Source: Escherichia phage wV7
Length of the DNA: 64,000 nucleotides
Reading direction: 5' to 3' (one strand)
Sequence record: NC_019505.1
The notes under the pieces were generated by a model, which was not told the DNA's origin, did not search any database, and saw only the letters and a list, made by a program, of their open reading frames with translations. Position numbers and translations under genes: made by a program. Positions 36,150 to 45,490 of the stretch are shown one piece after another. Each line of letters opens with the position of its first letter. Position 1 is the stretch's first letter.

Positions 36150-36174
36150 ATTTTACCAAAAATTTATAAAGCAA
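36150..36174 (-). promoter_or_regulatory. MotA-dependent middle promoter candidate (a-gt)
   Basis: TTGCTTTA, 11-nt spacer, TAAAAT. Confidence 0.45.
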
Positions 36175-36191
36175 TATAGGAGCCGAAGCTC

Positions 36192-36365
36192 CTATCCGCA
36201 TAATACGCCATACAGAGGCTCATTAGAGCTTCTAAATTTTATGCGCTTATATGTTATAGTTCCTTCTGCTTTAGCTTTATCATGAGACTCTTTAAAGCGT
36301 CTCATCATTTCCTCTTTAGAGGAACGAATTTTATTATAATCTATTTCAGAAGTCTGGATGTTCAT
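36192..36365 (-). CDS. small hypothetical protein (57 aa)
   Basis: Manual call MNIQTSEIDYNKIRSSKEEMMRR...; stop lies inside a UUCG hairpin; weak RBS; coordinates approximate. Confidence 0.3.
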   Translation of the reverse strand: MNIQTSEIDYNKIRSSKEEMMRRFKESHDKAKAEGTITYKRIKFRSSNEPLYGVLCG

Positions 36366-36368
36366 CTT

Positions 36369-36575
36369 TCACAGTTGCCACCATTTTTTGACTTGATAAG
36401 AATCAACCCACACTTTCATATTAGGGTCTGCTCTTACAATAGGAGGATTAACTTCTTTAATTGAACTATCATGGTATTCTTTTTCAGAAATTTTCACACA
36501 AAGATGACCATTCAAAGATTCAGTAAATCCTGCATTAATTTTAAGACGCTTGAATTTTACGTGTGTAAGCATCAA
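36369..36575 (-). CDS. small hypothetical protein
   Basis: 68-aa ORF. Confidence 0.4.
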   Translation of the reverse strand: MMLTHVKFKRLKINAGFTESLNGHLCVKISEKEYHDSSIKEVNPPIVRADPNMKVWVDSYQVKKWWQL

Positions 36576-36858
36576 TCATATCCTCAATCTGCGATCTAGT
36601 AGTCTTCCAAAGAATACTGATGAGTTCATCGTTATATGGCTGTTTTAGAATATCCCGACTTTTCTTGATAGCATATTCGTATTGAGCAAAATTATTGTTT
36701 TCAGCTGCAATCTGAGCGTGCTTATAAAGACGATTCAGTTCACGTTTGTTTTTAGACAATAACTTATTTGCTTTTCTTTCTGCTTCAAGACGGTTCTTTT
36801 CTTCAATAGAAGAAATAAGCTTTTCCACTTCATCATTAATTTCGGGTTTATCAGTCAT
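36541..36858 (-). CDS. hypothetical protein
   Basis: 105 aa, predicted helical. Confidence 0.45.
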   Translation of the reverse strand: MTDKPEINDEVEKLISSIEEKNRLEAERKANKLLSKNKRELNRLYKHAQIAAENNNFAQYEYAIKKSRDILKQPYNDELISILWKTTRSQIEDMIDAYTRKIQAS

Positions 36859-36859
36859 A

Positions 36860-37078
36860 TTATTTCTCTAATATAAAATAAAAATCATCATCTGTTAAAT
36901 GATACCGATAGTTTAATTCTACACCATTAGATTTAAAAGCGGTATCATACGGATTTTCTGGATCAATATCAATGTCAAGAGCTAAAACTTCCCTGAGATA
37001 CATTTTAAGTAAATAGGGAATAGCTTCAACTTCAGGTATTTCTTCCAAGAATCCGGAGAGGTTAATCGTTAGCCTCAT
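36860..37078 (-). CDS. small hypothetical protein
   Basis: 72-aa ORF directly downstream of gene 55. Confidence 0.45.
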
Positions 37079-37619
37079 ATAAAAAATCCAAACTAGGAGA
37101 ATCGTCTACAACACTTTTCTTTTCAGCCCCTGGTGTTCTATAGGTTGATTCTTCGTAATGCGTCATTTTATCGTAGATGTCTTGAATAAAAGTTTCATCT
37201 ACTAACGCAACCATATCGTCGTCACGACTGTCATAGACATTGTGAACGAAGTAACTATATTTCTTTGCAACTTCCTTACGTTCTTTTTTAATACGTTGGA
37301 CGAATGCATTAAAACAAGCTTGAGTTATATATGCATGCGGGTTTTTATATTTCGTTTCATCAAAATTATGAAGCCCCTTAATAGAAGCTTCTATACCATC
37401 TGCAATCATTTCTTGTTTCCAAGACTGGGTGTATCCTGAAAAGTTGAAACGTTTAGATAAGCCTTCTGCAATAAGCATAATGGCTAATCCGATAGTATCA
37501 TTCTGACGAACTACTTTATTTGGGTCTTTATTATTTGCTAATTCTGTTTTCCAATCAATAATAGCTTGTAAAAGCTCTTTATTGTTTACGTAATTATATT
37601 TAGGCTTAGTTTCTGACAT
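37062..37619 (-). CDS. 55: late-transcription sigma factor gp55
   Basis: 185 aa from M3 ([17 protein letters not shown]), as T4 gp55. Confidence 0.9.
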
Positions 37620-37697
37620 TTTCACCTCTTAGCTCAATTCATAGATCTATTATATCATAATATTTGAAGATCTATCTTAAAGCATAGAGGATATCAG

Positions 37698-37967
37698 TTA
37701 TCTAAGTAAGCAGTATGCTTGGAACACTTTCTCCATCATCTTTTTAAATTCATGAATATCTATATAATGACTAGTTAAATCAGCATGATATAAAAAGTCT
37801 AAAAACTTTTCATGTGTGCTAACATATTCACTTTCATTTAATTCAGAAATATGACTTTCCCAATATCCAACACCAGTCTTATTTGGGAAAAATGAAATTT
37901 TCATGCATTGATCAACATAGAAAATGCCATAATTTTCAATAGTAATAGAAATATTAATAAATTTCAT
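37698..37967 (-). CDS. hypothetical protein
   Basis: 89-aa ORF. Confidence 0.45.
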   Translation of the reverse strand: MKFINISITIENYGIFYVDQCMKISFFPNKTGVGYWESHISELNESEYVSTHEKFLDFLYHADLTSHYIDIHEFKKMMEKVFQAYCLLR

Positions 37968-38179
37968 ACATTCATCAACTTAGCCGCTTCAAGAGCTGCA
38001 TCTAGTGAATCAAATTGGTCAACATATTCAATCAATTCGCCGTAATTGGCATATAACCACCATTGGCTAAATTCATACTCAAGGATGAATCCGTTTCCTT
38101 CAATTTGAGTTAAACCAATGCCATTTGTATTTACTTCATACCCAGCAAGACGTAAATCGTTAATAAGAGCTTCGTTCAT
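37964..38179 (-). CDS. small hypothetical protein
   Basis: 71-aa acidic ORF. Confidence 0.45.
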   Translation of the reverse strand: MNEALINDLRLAGYEVNTNGIGLTQIEGNGFILEYEFSQWWLYANYGELIEYVDQFDSLDAALEAAKLMNV

Positions 38180-38181
38180 AA

Positions 38182-38508
38182 TTATACCTTAGTAATTTTC
38201 AGGTCTGCAAATTTTTTCTTGCGTTGATTTTTCATGCGACGAATAGTCTTATCGGAAATTTCATGCTTTTGATAAGCTTTAGATTCTACGCCAAAAGCTT
38301 TAACATCAAATTCTGACAAGATATATTGAACCAACAATTCACGGACAGTATTGCGTCCAATCTTCTGATCATTCTGTTTCATCATTTGATGAAGATCTTT
38401 TTCCCATTTATCCAAAATTTGAGGAGTTACAATATCGCCTTTTTCTAGCAAAGAAACTACTTTATCATATGCGTAAGAATTAATGACGTTTTTAATTTGA
38501 ATAGTCAT
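38182..38508 (-). CDS. hypothetical protein
   Basis: 108-aa ORF. Confidence 0.5.
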   Translation of the reverse strand: MTIQIKNVINSYAYDKVVSLLEKGDIVTPQILDKWEKDLHQMMKQNDQKIGRNTVRELLVQYILSEFDVKAFGVESKAYQKHEISDKTIRRMKNQRKKKFADLKITKV

Positions 38509-38542
38509 ACATTATCCTCAATTACGTTAAAATTTTATTATC

Positions 38543-38565
38543 CAAAAAAGGGCCGAAGCCCTTAG
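38543..38565 (-). terminator. intrinsic terminator
   Basis: AAGGGC-UUCG-GCCCUU then UUUUUUGG. Confidence 0.6.
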
Positions 38566-38762
38566 CTAAACTTTTTGGCACCCTTCCAGCCTTCGTACAT
38601 CATTGCGACTGACGATGACAAAGCTCCTTCACATGCTGCATACTTATTATTCCAGAACCAATTTAGAAAAACTTCATCCTCAATACCATTGTGTTTCATG
38701 TTCTGGAAAAATTTGGCGCGTTCTTCAGCAATTCGCTGCGATAATTTAGATTCAGGATTCAT
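38562..38762 (-). CDS. small hypothetical protein
   Basis: 66 aa; terminator hairpin at its stop. Confidence 0.45.
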   Translation of the reverse strand: MNPESKLSQRIAEERAKFFQNMKHNGIEDEVFLNWFWNNKYAACEGALSSSVAMMYEGWKGAKKFS

Positions 38763-38894
38763 TTAAATTTCCCAATTACCATTTTCATCAATAAATTTAA
38801 TCCAGTCATTTACTGACCACTTAGTTGTATCGCCTTTTGGAGTAGCATTTAAAGTATATAGCCCTTGCTTAAAAAGCATTCGTTTGATATTCAT
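38763..38894 (-). CDS. small hypothetical protein (43 aa)
   Basis: Start at internal M29 with GAGGAA RBS; longer track ORF overlaps upstream gene. Confidence 0.35.
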   Translation of the reverse strand: MNIKRMLFKQGLYTLNATPKGDTTKWSVNDWIKFIDENGNWEI

Positions 38895-38901
38895 ATTTTC
38901 C

Positions 38902-39195
38902 TCAGCTGTAACGATAACACTCGTTTGATTTACGTTTAGCAACTCGTTGAGAAGTATTATAATCAAAATCATCATCAATGTAAACTGATTTTTTCAACTT
39001 TCTTACTTCACCGCGTAATTGACGATTTAACTCATCTTTAACTTCTGAATCAATACCTTTCATTCTACGCCATTTATCTGAGCGAAAAATGTTTTCAACC
39101 ATATCTTTATGACTTACCCCATCAGGAGCTTTACGCTTTCCGAAATAGTCATAATCACGCACTTTTAAGTCTTTACGACGATACGTTTTACCCAT
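38902..39195 (-). CDS. basic hypothetical protein
   Basis: Start at M16 (MGKTYRRKDL); K/R-rich. Confidence 0.45.
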   Translation of the reverse strand: MGKTYRRKDLKVRDYDYFGKRKAPDGVSHKDMVENIFRSDKWRRMKGIDSEVKDELNRQLRGEVRKLKKSVYIDDDFDYNTSQRVAKRKSNECYRYS

Positions 39196-39370
39196 GGAGT
39201 TTAATTTCCTTAGCAACTGAACTAAATGCAGCACGATCACAAATCATGTGTTTATGTAACTTAAGTATAAGATAATAAACATCATAACCATTTACGTAAG
39301 TAACGCGAACAGCATTACCATTAATAAGATAATACTGTCCCTTTTTAATTTCTTTATCAACCACAACCAT
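39188..39370 (-). CDS. small hypothetical protein
   Basis: 60 aa; early promoter upstream. Confidence 0.45.
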   Translation of the reverse strand: MVVVDKEIKKGQYYLINGNAVRVTYVNGYDVYYLILKLHKHMICDRAAFSSVAKEIKLHG

Positions 39371-39401
39371 ATCAAATCCTCAAAGGCAATTCATGTGTTA
39401 A

Positions 39402-39430
39402 TAATACCACGGTTTGAACTTGTTGTAAAC
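39402..39430 (-). promoter_or_regulatory. T4-type early promoter
   Basis: GTTTAC ... TGGTATTAT upstream of 39188..39370. Confidence 0.55.
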
Positions 39431-39502
39431 AACTTTGTGAAAATTATTTTAGGGAATGATAAGAAGGGAACGATAGCTTAGAATGGTAATATACAGAATG
39501 TA

Positions 39503-39526
39503 AGAAAGAAAGGCCCAGAGGGCCCG
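39503..39526 (-). terminator. hairpin terminator downstream of nrdH-like gene
   Basis: GGCCCUCUGGGCC then UUUCUUUCUU. Confidence 0.5.
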
Positions 39527-39528
39527 TC

Positions 39529-39852
39529 TTAGTCTTCTATGATATCTCTATCATATCCAAGTGAAATGAGAGTTTCTTTGAAGTGTTTAATGTTCTTTTG
39601 TCTAGAATCATTGATGAAAATGACTGGATAACGAATGTTAAGAGATGTGAATCCGGCGCGTTTAGCAAGAGATACAATCAGTGGACGATCATACTCAATC
39701 TTACCATTATTTGTAAGAACTTTATAGAAAGTAAAAGGAGCATTGAGCTCCTTTAGAAGTTTTGTAACTGATTGACATCCAGGACAACGACCTACTTCAT
39801 CTGGAATTCCATAGACTTCAATCTTATTCTTTAAGTTCGAGTTTTGTTCCAC
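39529..39852 (-). CDS. nrdH: glutaredoxin-like protein (NrdH-like)
   Basis: CPGC redox motif in thioredoxin-fold context; start set at GTG with AAGGA RBS; start uncertain. Confidence 0.5.
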   Translation of the reverse strand: MEQNSNLKNKIEVYGIPDEVGRCPGCQSVTKLLKELNAPFTFYKVLTNNGKIEYDRPLIVSLAKRAGFTSLNIRYPVIFINDSRQKNIKHFKETLISLGYDRDIIED

Positions 39853-40135
39853 GAGAAATAATTCCTTGGTAAGCCCAATAAGGAGGATTAACAGAATCAT
39901 TACCAGAATTTTCTTCAGGGAAATAAACCTGGATAACGAAGCCGGATTCATCAAAGGTGAAATAAGTAGTAGGCAGTTCACCTAACAAATCAGCACGAGC
40001 GTTGATTTCTTCGAGGTCTTGTTCACGTCCAGCCCAGAAGCTTGGGTTCAGACTACATTCATAGAAATAATAGTCATTACCGAACATATCAAAACCATTC
40101 CAACTCTCTACTACATACCGCTCAAAACTAATCAT
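39824..40135 (-). CDS. hypothetical protein
   Basis: 103-aa ORF. Confidence 0.45.
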   Translation of the reverse strand: MISFERYVVESWNGFDMFGNDYYFYECSLNPSFWAGREQDLEEINARADLLGELPTTYFTFDESGFVIQVYFPEENSGNDSVNPPYWAYQGIISRGTKLELKE

Positions 40136-40137
40136 AA

Positions 40138-40353
40138 TTAAGCCTTTTTATCAAGAACAGCATTCAGCTTGTTAGTAATTTTATCCAGACGCTCATTGAA
40201 CTCACTAGAAGATAAGCCTTTTTCTGGAGAAATTAAGCTAATCACGAAAAATACAACAATAAAAGGAATAAGGAAAATAGCTCCAACTGCCATAAACAGA
40301 AAGAATGTTACAGTTGTAAGAAAATCAGCTAAACCTTTACGAAATTTATACAT
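40138..40353 (-). CDS. small membrane protein
   Basis: 71 aa with long hydrophobic stretch. Confidence 0.45.
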   Translation of the reverse strand: MYKFRKGLADFLTTVTFFLFMAVGAIFLIPFIVVFFVISLISPEKGLSSSEFNERLDKITNKLNAVLDKKA

Positions 40354-40468
40354 ATTTTACCCTTAATTGATTAACCAAGCATTGATAAGCACTAAACTAT
40401 ATTGGGAATAAAATTCTGGACCAAAATGAAAAATCATATCATTTATAGTATCCATAATATAATTCAAT

Positions 40469-40939
40469 TTAATCATGTTTCCACACCCCATCGGTATTTG
40501 ACCAAAGTCGCTGATTGTCTGATCCTCGCCACAGCTTTTTGGTCGGAAGATTTTTCTCATACTTCCCATCAATAATAACATCAACATATTTAAGCATTTC
40601 TAGTTGTTTAATATCTTCAAACTTATATCCTGTCCACAACCAAATGCTTTTATTGGGATAAAGATTTTTAATAGTTTGAACCACAGAGTGAATCACGTCT
40701 CTGTTATCAGGATAAAGAGGGTCTCCTCCAGTTATAGTTAATCCTTCTATATAATCATTATTCAAACACTGAATCAGTTTTTCTAATGTCTCTCCGGTGA
40801 ATGGAATACCATTTCTAGCATTCCATGTTGATTTATTATAACACCCTTCGCATTTATGCAAACAACCTGTAACGAAAAGAACGACCCTGCAACCAGGGCC
40901 ATTCACAAAATCACAAGGATAAAATCTATCATAATTCAT
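40469..40939 (-). CDS. nrdG: anaerobic ribonucleotide reductase activating protein NrdG (radical SAM)
   Basis: 156 aa; CLHKCEGC radical-SAM cysteine motif. Confidence 0.85.
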   Translation of the reverse strand: MNYDRFYPCDFVNGPGCRVVLFVTGCLHKCEGCYNKSTWNARNGIPFTGETLEKLIQCLNNDYIEGLTITGGDPLYPDNRDVIHSVVQTIKNLYPNKSIWLWTGYKFEDIKQLEMLKYVDVIIDGKYEKNLPTKKLWRGSDNQRLWSNTDGVWKHD

Positions 40940-42753
40940 TGATGCTTAACCCTATGCATGATTTCTTTATTTTTACCGAGATTAAATCCGCGCTCGTTCG
41001 GATTTCCCAAATAACCACATGTTCTTCTTATTGTATTCATCTTTTTAGGATCAGTTTCTCCACAAATAGAACAAACAAATCCGTTTTCAGTAGGAGTCAT
41101 TTCATGGGTACTTCCGCATGTAAAACATTTATCTACTGGCATATTAACACCAAAATAATCTAAATGTTGTGCAGCATAATCCCATACGGCCTCAAGGCCT
41201 TTTAAGTTATTTTTCATATCAGGAAGTTCAACATAAGAAATGTGACCACCTGTCGCAATGAAATGATATGGCGCTTCACGAGAAATCTTTTCAAACGGAG
41301 TAATATTTTCTTCTACTGAAACATGGAAACTGTTAGTGTACCAACCTTTATCGGTAACATCTTTTACGCTTCCATATTTTTCTGTATCGAGTTTACAGAA
41401 GCGATAACAAAGGTTTTCAGCAGGAGTCGAATATAAACTAAAAGCAAATCCGGTTCTTTCAGTCCACTGTTTAAGATGAGCATTCATTTTAGTTAAAATT
41501 TCTCGTCCAATATCACGACCGACAAGAATATTCAATTCGTGAATACCAATGTATCCTAAAGACACTGAACTTCTACCATTTTTAAATAACTCAATTATAT
41601 CGTCATCAGGTTTAAGACGAACCCCGAATGCACCTTCTTGGTAAAGAATAGGAGCAACAGTAGCTTTAACTCCTTTTAAGGAACTAATTCTACACATCAA
41701 AGCTTCAAAACATAAATCCATTCGTTCATTAAATAGCTCAACAAATTTCTGTTCATTGAACTGTGTTCCAATATAAGAATCTAACGCGATGCGAGGAAGA
41801 TTCAGTGTTACAACACCAAGATTATTACGTCCATCAAGAATTTCATTACCAGTCGAATCTTTCCATACGCTCAAGAAACTACGGCAACCCATTGGAGAAA
41901 CAGGAACAGATGAACCAGTGATAGCTTTATTGTTCTTAGCTGAAATAATATCAGGATACATCCTTTTGCTTGCACACTCTAGAGCAAGCTGCTTAATATC
42001 ATAATTCGGATCGTCTTTGTAAAGATTAACGCCTTCTTCGACGAACATAACAAGCTTAGGAAAAATAGGAGTTATCCCATCACGACCGAGACCTTTAATG
42101 CGGTTTTTAAGAATTGCCTTCTGAATCATTCGTTCAGTCCAGTCAGTTCCCGTACCAAATGTAATTGTTACAAAAGGCGTTTGTCCGTTTGAACTAAAGA
42201 GAGTATTTACTTCATATTCATAAGCTTGGAATGCATCGTATACATCTTTTTCTGTTTTAGATTGAGCATAATTTAACGCATCAGCGATTTGCCATTTTTC
42301 TGCATCCTCAATATGTTTTGCATAGGTGCGTTTAACATAAGGAGAAAGTACTTTATCTACATTAGCAAAAGTCGTTCCGCCATATTGATGGGAAGCAACT
42401 TGCGCAGTAATTTGTGCCATAATTGCAGTAGCAACGCCAATTGATTTAGGAGTTTCAATCTGTGCATTACCAAGCTTAAATCCGTTCTCAAGCATTCCTT
42501 TTAAATCTACTAAACAGCAATTAGTAAATGGAAGAGCAGGGGAATAATCAATATCATGGAAATGAATAATTCCGCTTTCATGCGCTTTCATAATAAAAGA
42601 CGGGACCATATTTTTGGCAATGTGTTTAGACACAATACCAGCCATAAGGTCCCGTTGAGTTGGAAAAACACGAGAATCTTTATTAGCATTCTCGTTTAAA
42701 AGGTCTTTATTAGTTTTATGAATCAATCCTTCAATTTCTTTTTCAATTGTCAT
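40936..42753 (-). CDS. nrdD: anaerobic ribonucleotide reductase NrdD (glycyl radical enzyme)
   Basis: 605 aa uninterrupted; C-terminal glycyl radical motif RRTCGYLG; zinc ribbon CFTCGS...CSICG. Confidence 0.9.
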   Translation of the reverse strand: MTIEKEIEGLIHKTNKDLLNENANKDSRVFPTQRDLMAGIVSKHIAKNMVPSFIMKAHESGIIHFHDIDYSPALPFTNCCLVDLKGMLENGFKLGNAQIETPKSIGVATAIMAQITAQVASHQYGGTTFANVDKVLSPYVKRTYAKHIEDAEKWQIADALNYAQSKTEKDVYDAFQAYEYEVNTLFSSNGQTPFVTITFGTGTDWTERMIQKAILKNRIKGLGRDGITPIFPKLVMFVEEGVNLYKDDPNYDIKQLALECASKRMYPDIISAKNNKAITGSSVPVSPMGCRSFLSVWKDSTGNEILDGRNNLGVVTLNLPRIALDSYIGTQFNEQKFVELFNERMDLCFEALMCRISSLKGVKATVAPILYQEGAFGVRLKPDDDIIELFKNGRSSVSLGYIGIHELNILVGRDIGREILTKMNAHLKQWTERTGFAFSLYSTPAENLCYRFCKLDTEKYGSVKDVTDKGWYTNSFHVSVEENITPFEKISREAPYHFIATGGHISYVELPDMKNNLKGLEAVWDYAAQHLDYFGVNMPVDKCFTCGSTHEMTPTENGFVCSICGETDPKKMNTIRRTCGYLGNPNERGFNLGKNKEIMHRVKHQ

Positions 42754-43223
42754 TTTAAACTCTTTCTAAGCTGCTTCTTAAATGAAGCTATTAATTGTGT
42801 TTTAGTGTCAGATTCATTATATTCAAATCCTCTTTGAAGCATCTCAGCCATCATTTCCTCTTTTCCTAAACGAGAAAATTCCTTTGATTTATCTCCAACA
42901 AAGTTAGGATGAATATTATTTTGGGTGTAATCGGATTTTAAATAAGTAAGTAAATTTTCTAACCATTCAAGATAATCAACACCTTGCCCCTTTAAGCCAG
43001 AACGATTAAATTTATGTTTCATTTGACCTTCTGCGGCATTGCAGAGATTACAAAGCAATCCACGCACCTTTCCTGCTTTTGGTCCATTTAATTCATGGTC
43101 ATGATCAAGATGATTAGCTTGAACATCAGGATTTAGTTCTCGTTGGCAAATTAAGCATTTACCGTTTTGTGCATTATAAAATTTTTGTTTTTCTTCTTTG
43201 TATAATTTGCCAGTCAATAACAT
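42750..43223 (-). CDS. 49: endonuclease VII gp49 (Holliday junction resolvase)
   Basis: 157 aa; near-identical to T4 endo VII as recalled; Cys/His zinc site CLICQ...HLDHDH. Confidence 0.9.
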   Translation of the reverse strand: MLLTGKLYKEEKQKFYNAQNGKCLICQRELNPDVQANHLDHDHELNGPKAGKVRGLLCNLCNAAEGQMKHKFNRSGLKGQGVDYLEWLENLLTYLKSDYTQNNIHPNFVGDKSKEFSRLGKEEMMAEMLQRGFEYNESDTKTQLIASFKKQLRKSLK

Positions 43224-43265
43224 AATAAAACCCTTACCTTAAATAGATAAGGGTATTTATTATTT

Positions 43266-43751
43266 TCAAGTATTGAAAAACATTTGATTCAATCGCTTAT
43301 ATTGCCGAATCTTTTGGTCAGAAAAAGAAATTTGGGTTTCAAGCCATTCAATATATTCTGCCGCAGCTTGCATCAAATTTCCTTCATAGCCATCGTTATT
43401 TTCTTGTGCAGCTAATTTAGCTAATGCGTATGAAATACGTTCACCTTGAAAATCAGCTTTAGGCTTCTGAACAACTTGATTAGTTCTCTCTACAACTTCT
43501 TCAATTTCGCCATTTTCTACTGATTCAGTATTCCACAAGCACCAATACGTAATTGGCTTATCGTAGATGTTAATAATCTTTCCATCAGAAAGTTCAATTT
43601 CAATAATTCCAGTATCAGGTTCTATATCATCTTCACATTCTTTTGCAAGTTCACGAACTTTAAAGACAGTACCTGCACTAAGTTCCGGCCAGTAATTACA
43701 CAGCCCTGTATCAGCACGATTAATTCTAAACCACTTATCTACTGTAATCAT
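43266..43751 (-). CDS. pin: Pin-like protein (Lon protease inhibitor position)
   Basis: 161 aa from M7; size and position as T4 pin. Confidence 0.6.
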   Translation of the reverse strand: MITVDKWFRINRADTGLCNYWPELSAGTVFKVRELAKECEDDIEPDTGIIEIELSDGKIINIYDKPITYWCLWNTESVENGEIEEVVERTNQVVQKPKADFQGERISYALAKLAAQENNDGYEGNLMQAAAEYIEWLETQISFSDQKIRQYKRLNQMFFNT

Positions 43752-43874
43752 GTCCCATCTCCATATCAATTAAGTCATTTATCGTTGGTTCATTATATAT
43801 TGTTTCTTCATCAGTGTAAACCGGTTCTTCCGGCTCTGGCTCTACAGTTTCCCATCTAGCCGCCCACCAAGGTT

Positions 43875-44195
43875 TTATAGCGTAATCCATTCTCGTACTA
43901 TCTGAGTTACTACACGTTCATGGGGCTCGACTAGTTCAACAGTCGGAACTGCATAATACCAGTCAGAATGATAAGAACCTGACCGAGATTCATTTACCGC
44001 TACATGTACATTATGTTTTGGACTAAAGTAAACACACTGACGATATTGACATTTACCATCTTGCACCCAGTCTTCTATTTCGACAGGTTTAAGATAATCG
44101 GAAAAATCGAAATCATAGTTTTCCGAAAATGCATCATGGTCTTCAATGATTTCGCTCAGAACTGCATCAACATCTAATTTATTTTCAATAGTCAT
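43875..44195 (-). CDS. hypothetical protein
   Basis: 106-aa ORF. Confidence 0.45.
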   Translation of the reverse strand: MTIENKLDVDAVLSEIIEDHDAFSENYDFDFSDYLKPVEIEDWVQDGKCQYRQCVYFSPKHNVHVAVNESRSGSYHSDWYYAVPTVELVEPHERVVTQIVREWITL

Positions 44196-44205
44196 TTTTC
44201 ACCAA

Positions 44206-44376
44206 TTAATTTCGCAATTTATTAAGTTCTTCATCATCAATCCAGGATTCTAGTCCTGATGGCAGGGCACATTCAATTTCCCAAAGAAGTTCTTCAATTT
44301 TCTGAAGACGTTCTAGTTCTTCGGCTGGAATAGTAACCATTGACGGAGCTCGTGATACATTAATATCGTAAATCAT
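44206..44376 (-). CDS. small acidic hypothetical protein (56 aa)
   Basis: Manual call MIYDINVSRAPSMVTIPAEELERL...; starts 5 nt after upstream stop; coordinates approximate. Confidence 0.3.
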   Translation of the reverse strand: MIYDINVSRAPSMVTIPAEELERLQKIEELLWEIECALPSGLESWIDDEELNKLRN

Positions 44377-44378
44377 AT

Positions 44379-44594
44379 TTACCCCAATTTAACCATACAA
44401 TCGCCGTATTTCCACTTAGAAATAGACTTTTCACCATTAGAATAATAAACTTCGAGTTTAGCACGATTATTTTTAATTTGAATAACCTTGGCTGTCATCA
44501 AAGTTCCATACCCATAATAAACTGCAACTTCATCACCTACATATACCGCGCTTCCGCGGTAATCATGAATATAGTCAGTTCCTTCGAGCATCAT
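44379..44594 (-). CDS. small hypothetical protein
   Basis: 71-aa ORF overlapping nrdC stop. Confidence 0.45.
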   Translation of the reverse strand: MMLEGTDYIHDYRGSAVYVGDEVAVYYGYGTLMTAKVIQIKNNRAKLEVYYSNGEKSISKWKYGDCMVKLG

Positions 44595-44854
44595 TTAAAA
44601 TATTCTCGCAGTTGGTCAAATCCACCAATATGACTTCCATCAGGAGCAAATACCTGGGGCATTGTCAAGCCGATTTGAGTATCACGACCTAGTTTAGTCA
44701 GAAGCTCAGCGATTTTCTCATCATCAAAAACACCTTTTTCCGGCATAATGTTGATAAATTCAAACGGCTGTTTCTTCACGGTCAAAAGACGTTTTGCATT
44801 ATCGCAATACACACATTTATGAATGTTGCTATCATAACCATATACTTTAAACAT
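44591..44854 (-). CDS. nrdC: thioredoxin/glutaredoxin NrdC
   Basis: 87 aa; CVYC active site. Confidence 0.85.
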   Translation of the reverse strand: MFKVYGYDSNIHKCVYCDNAKRLLTVKKQPFEFINIMPEKGVFDDEKIAELLTKLGRDTQIGLTMPQVFAPDGSHIGGFDQLREYFK

Positions 44855-44855
44855 A

Positions 44856-45098
44856 TTATTCCTTAATTCCTAGTACTTGTTTAAAAGTCTCGTCGTAATC
44901 AAGACTTTGGCCCGTTTGTTCTTTATGTTTGTATATAATATCACTTACTTCTGATAGCATATTTTTATATGAACGAGTTAAAGCAGATTTAAGCACGCTG
45001 TATCTATCAGGAAATTTACCATGTTCATTATAATAAGCTATTGCTAATTCACGGACTGCCTTTTCAGCAGCCTCCATATATTCTTTACGCTTGGTCAT
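44856..45098 (-). CDS. hypothetical protein
   Basis: 80-aa ORF. Confidence 0.45.
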   Translation of the reverse strand: MTKRKEYMEAAEKAVRELAIAYYNEHGKFPDRYSVLKSALTRSYKNMLSEVSDIIYKHKEQTGQSLDYDETFKQVLGIKE

Positions 45099-45100
45099 TT

Positions 45101-45490
45101 TTAATCCAAAATATTATTAGGCATTGGTTGAACACTCACAAGTTCTTTAAAGAACTCAGTAGAGTCAGGCAATTTAACCATTTCCGGAGCATGCTTACTG
45201 AATTTATGTTTACATTGACGGCATTTATATTCAAGCTCTGGTTTACGCCAGTTAATCAACTGAACTTGTTCAGTACCGCATTCAGGGCAATTAGGAACGT
45301 TTTTAGAAGCTCTTTCACGTCGTTCAACCATAGCCATAATAGCATCCCATGCTGGAGGTTTAAAATCTAAATCGTCGCAGCCGTGAATCTTTCCACGCAT
45401 TTCCATATCATCTTCCTCACCAGCCATAATAATTTTAATTAAACTGGAATTACTTGAAGCTGCAATGTCTTCTAATAAACGCTTTTTCAT
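45101..45490 (-). CDS. zinc-ribbon protein
   Basis: 129 aa; CPECGTEQ...CRQCKHKF four-cysteine motif. Confidence 0.5.
   Translation of the reverse strand: MKKRLLEDIAASSNSSLIKIIMAGEEDDMEMRGKIHGCDDLDFKPPAWDAIMAMVERRERASKNVPNCPECGTEQVQLINWRKPELEYKCRQCKHKFSKHAPEMVKLPDSTEFFKELVSVQPMPNNILD

Noticed and set aside
36150-36175. TTTATAAAGC resembling a late promoter upstream of a-gt
   Set aside because: Not an exact TATAAATA; the sequence is better explained as a MotA box (TTGCTTTA) of a middle promoter.
40363-40587. 74-aa minus ORF overlapping the 3' end of nrdG
   Set aside because: Most of it overlaps nrdG in another frame; only the distal ~30 codons are free and no RBS was found, so it was not called.
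43751-43890. 49-aa ORF (MDYAIKPWWAARW...) overlapping the ends of 43875..44195 and pin
   Set aside because: Start codon is internal to the upstream gene with a weak RBS; cannot be told from a chance frame.
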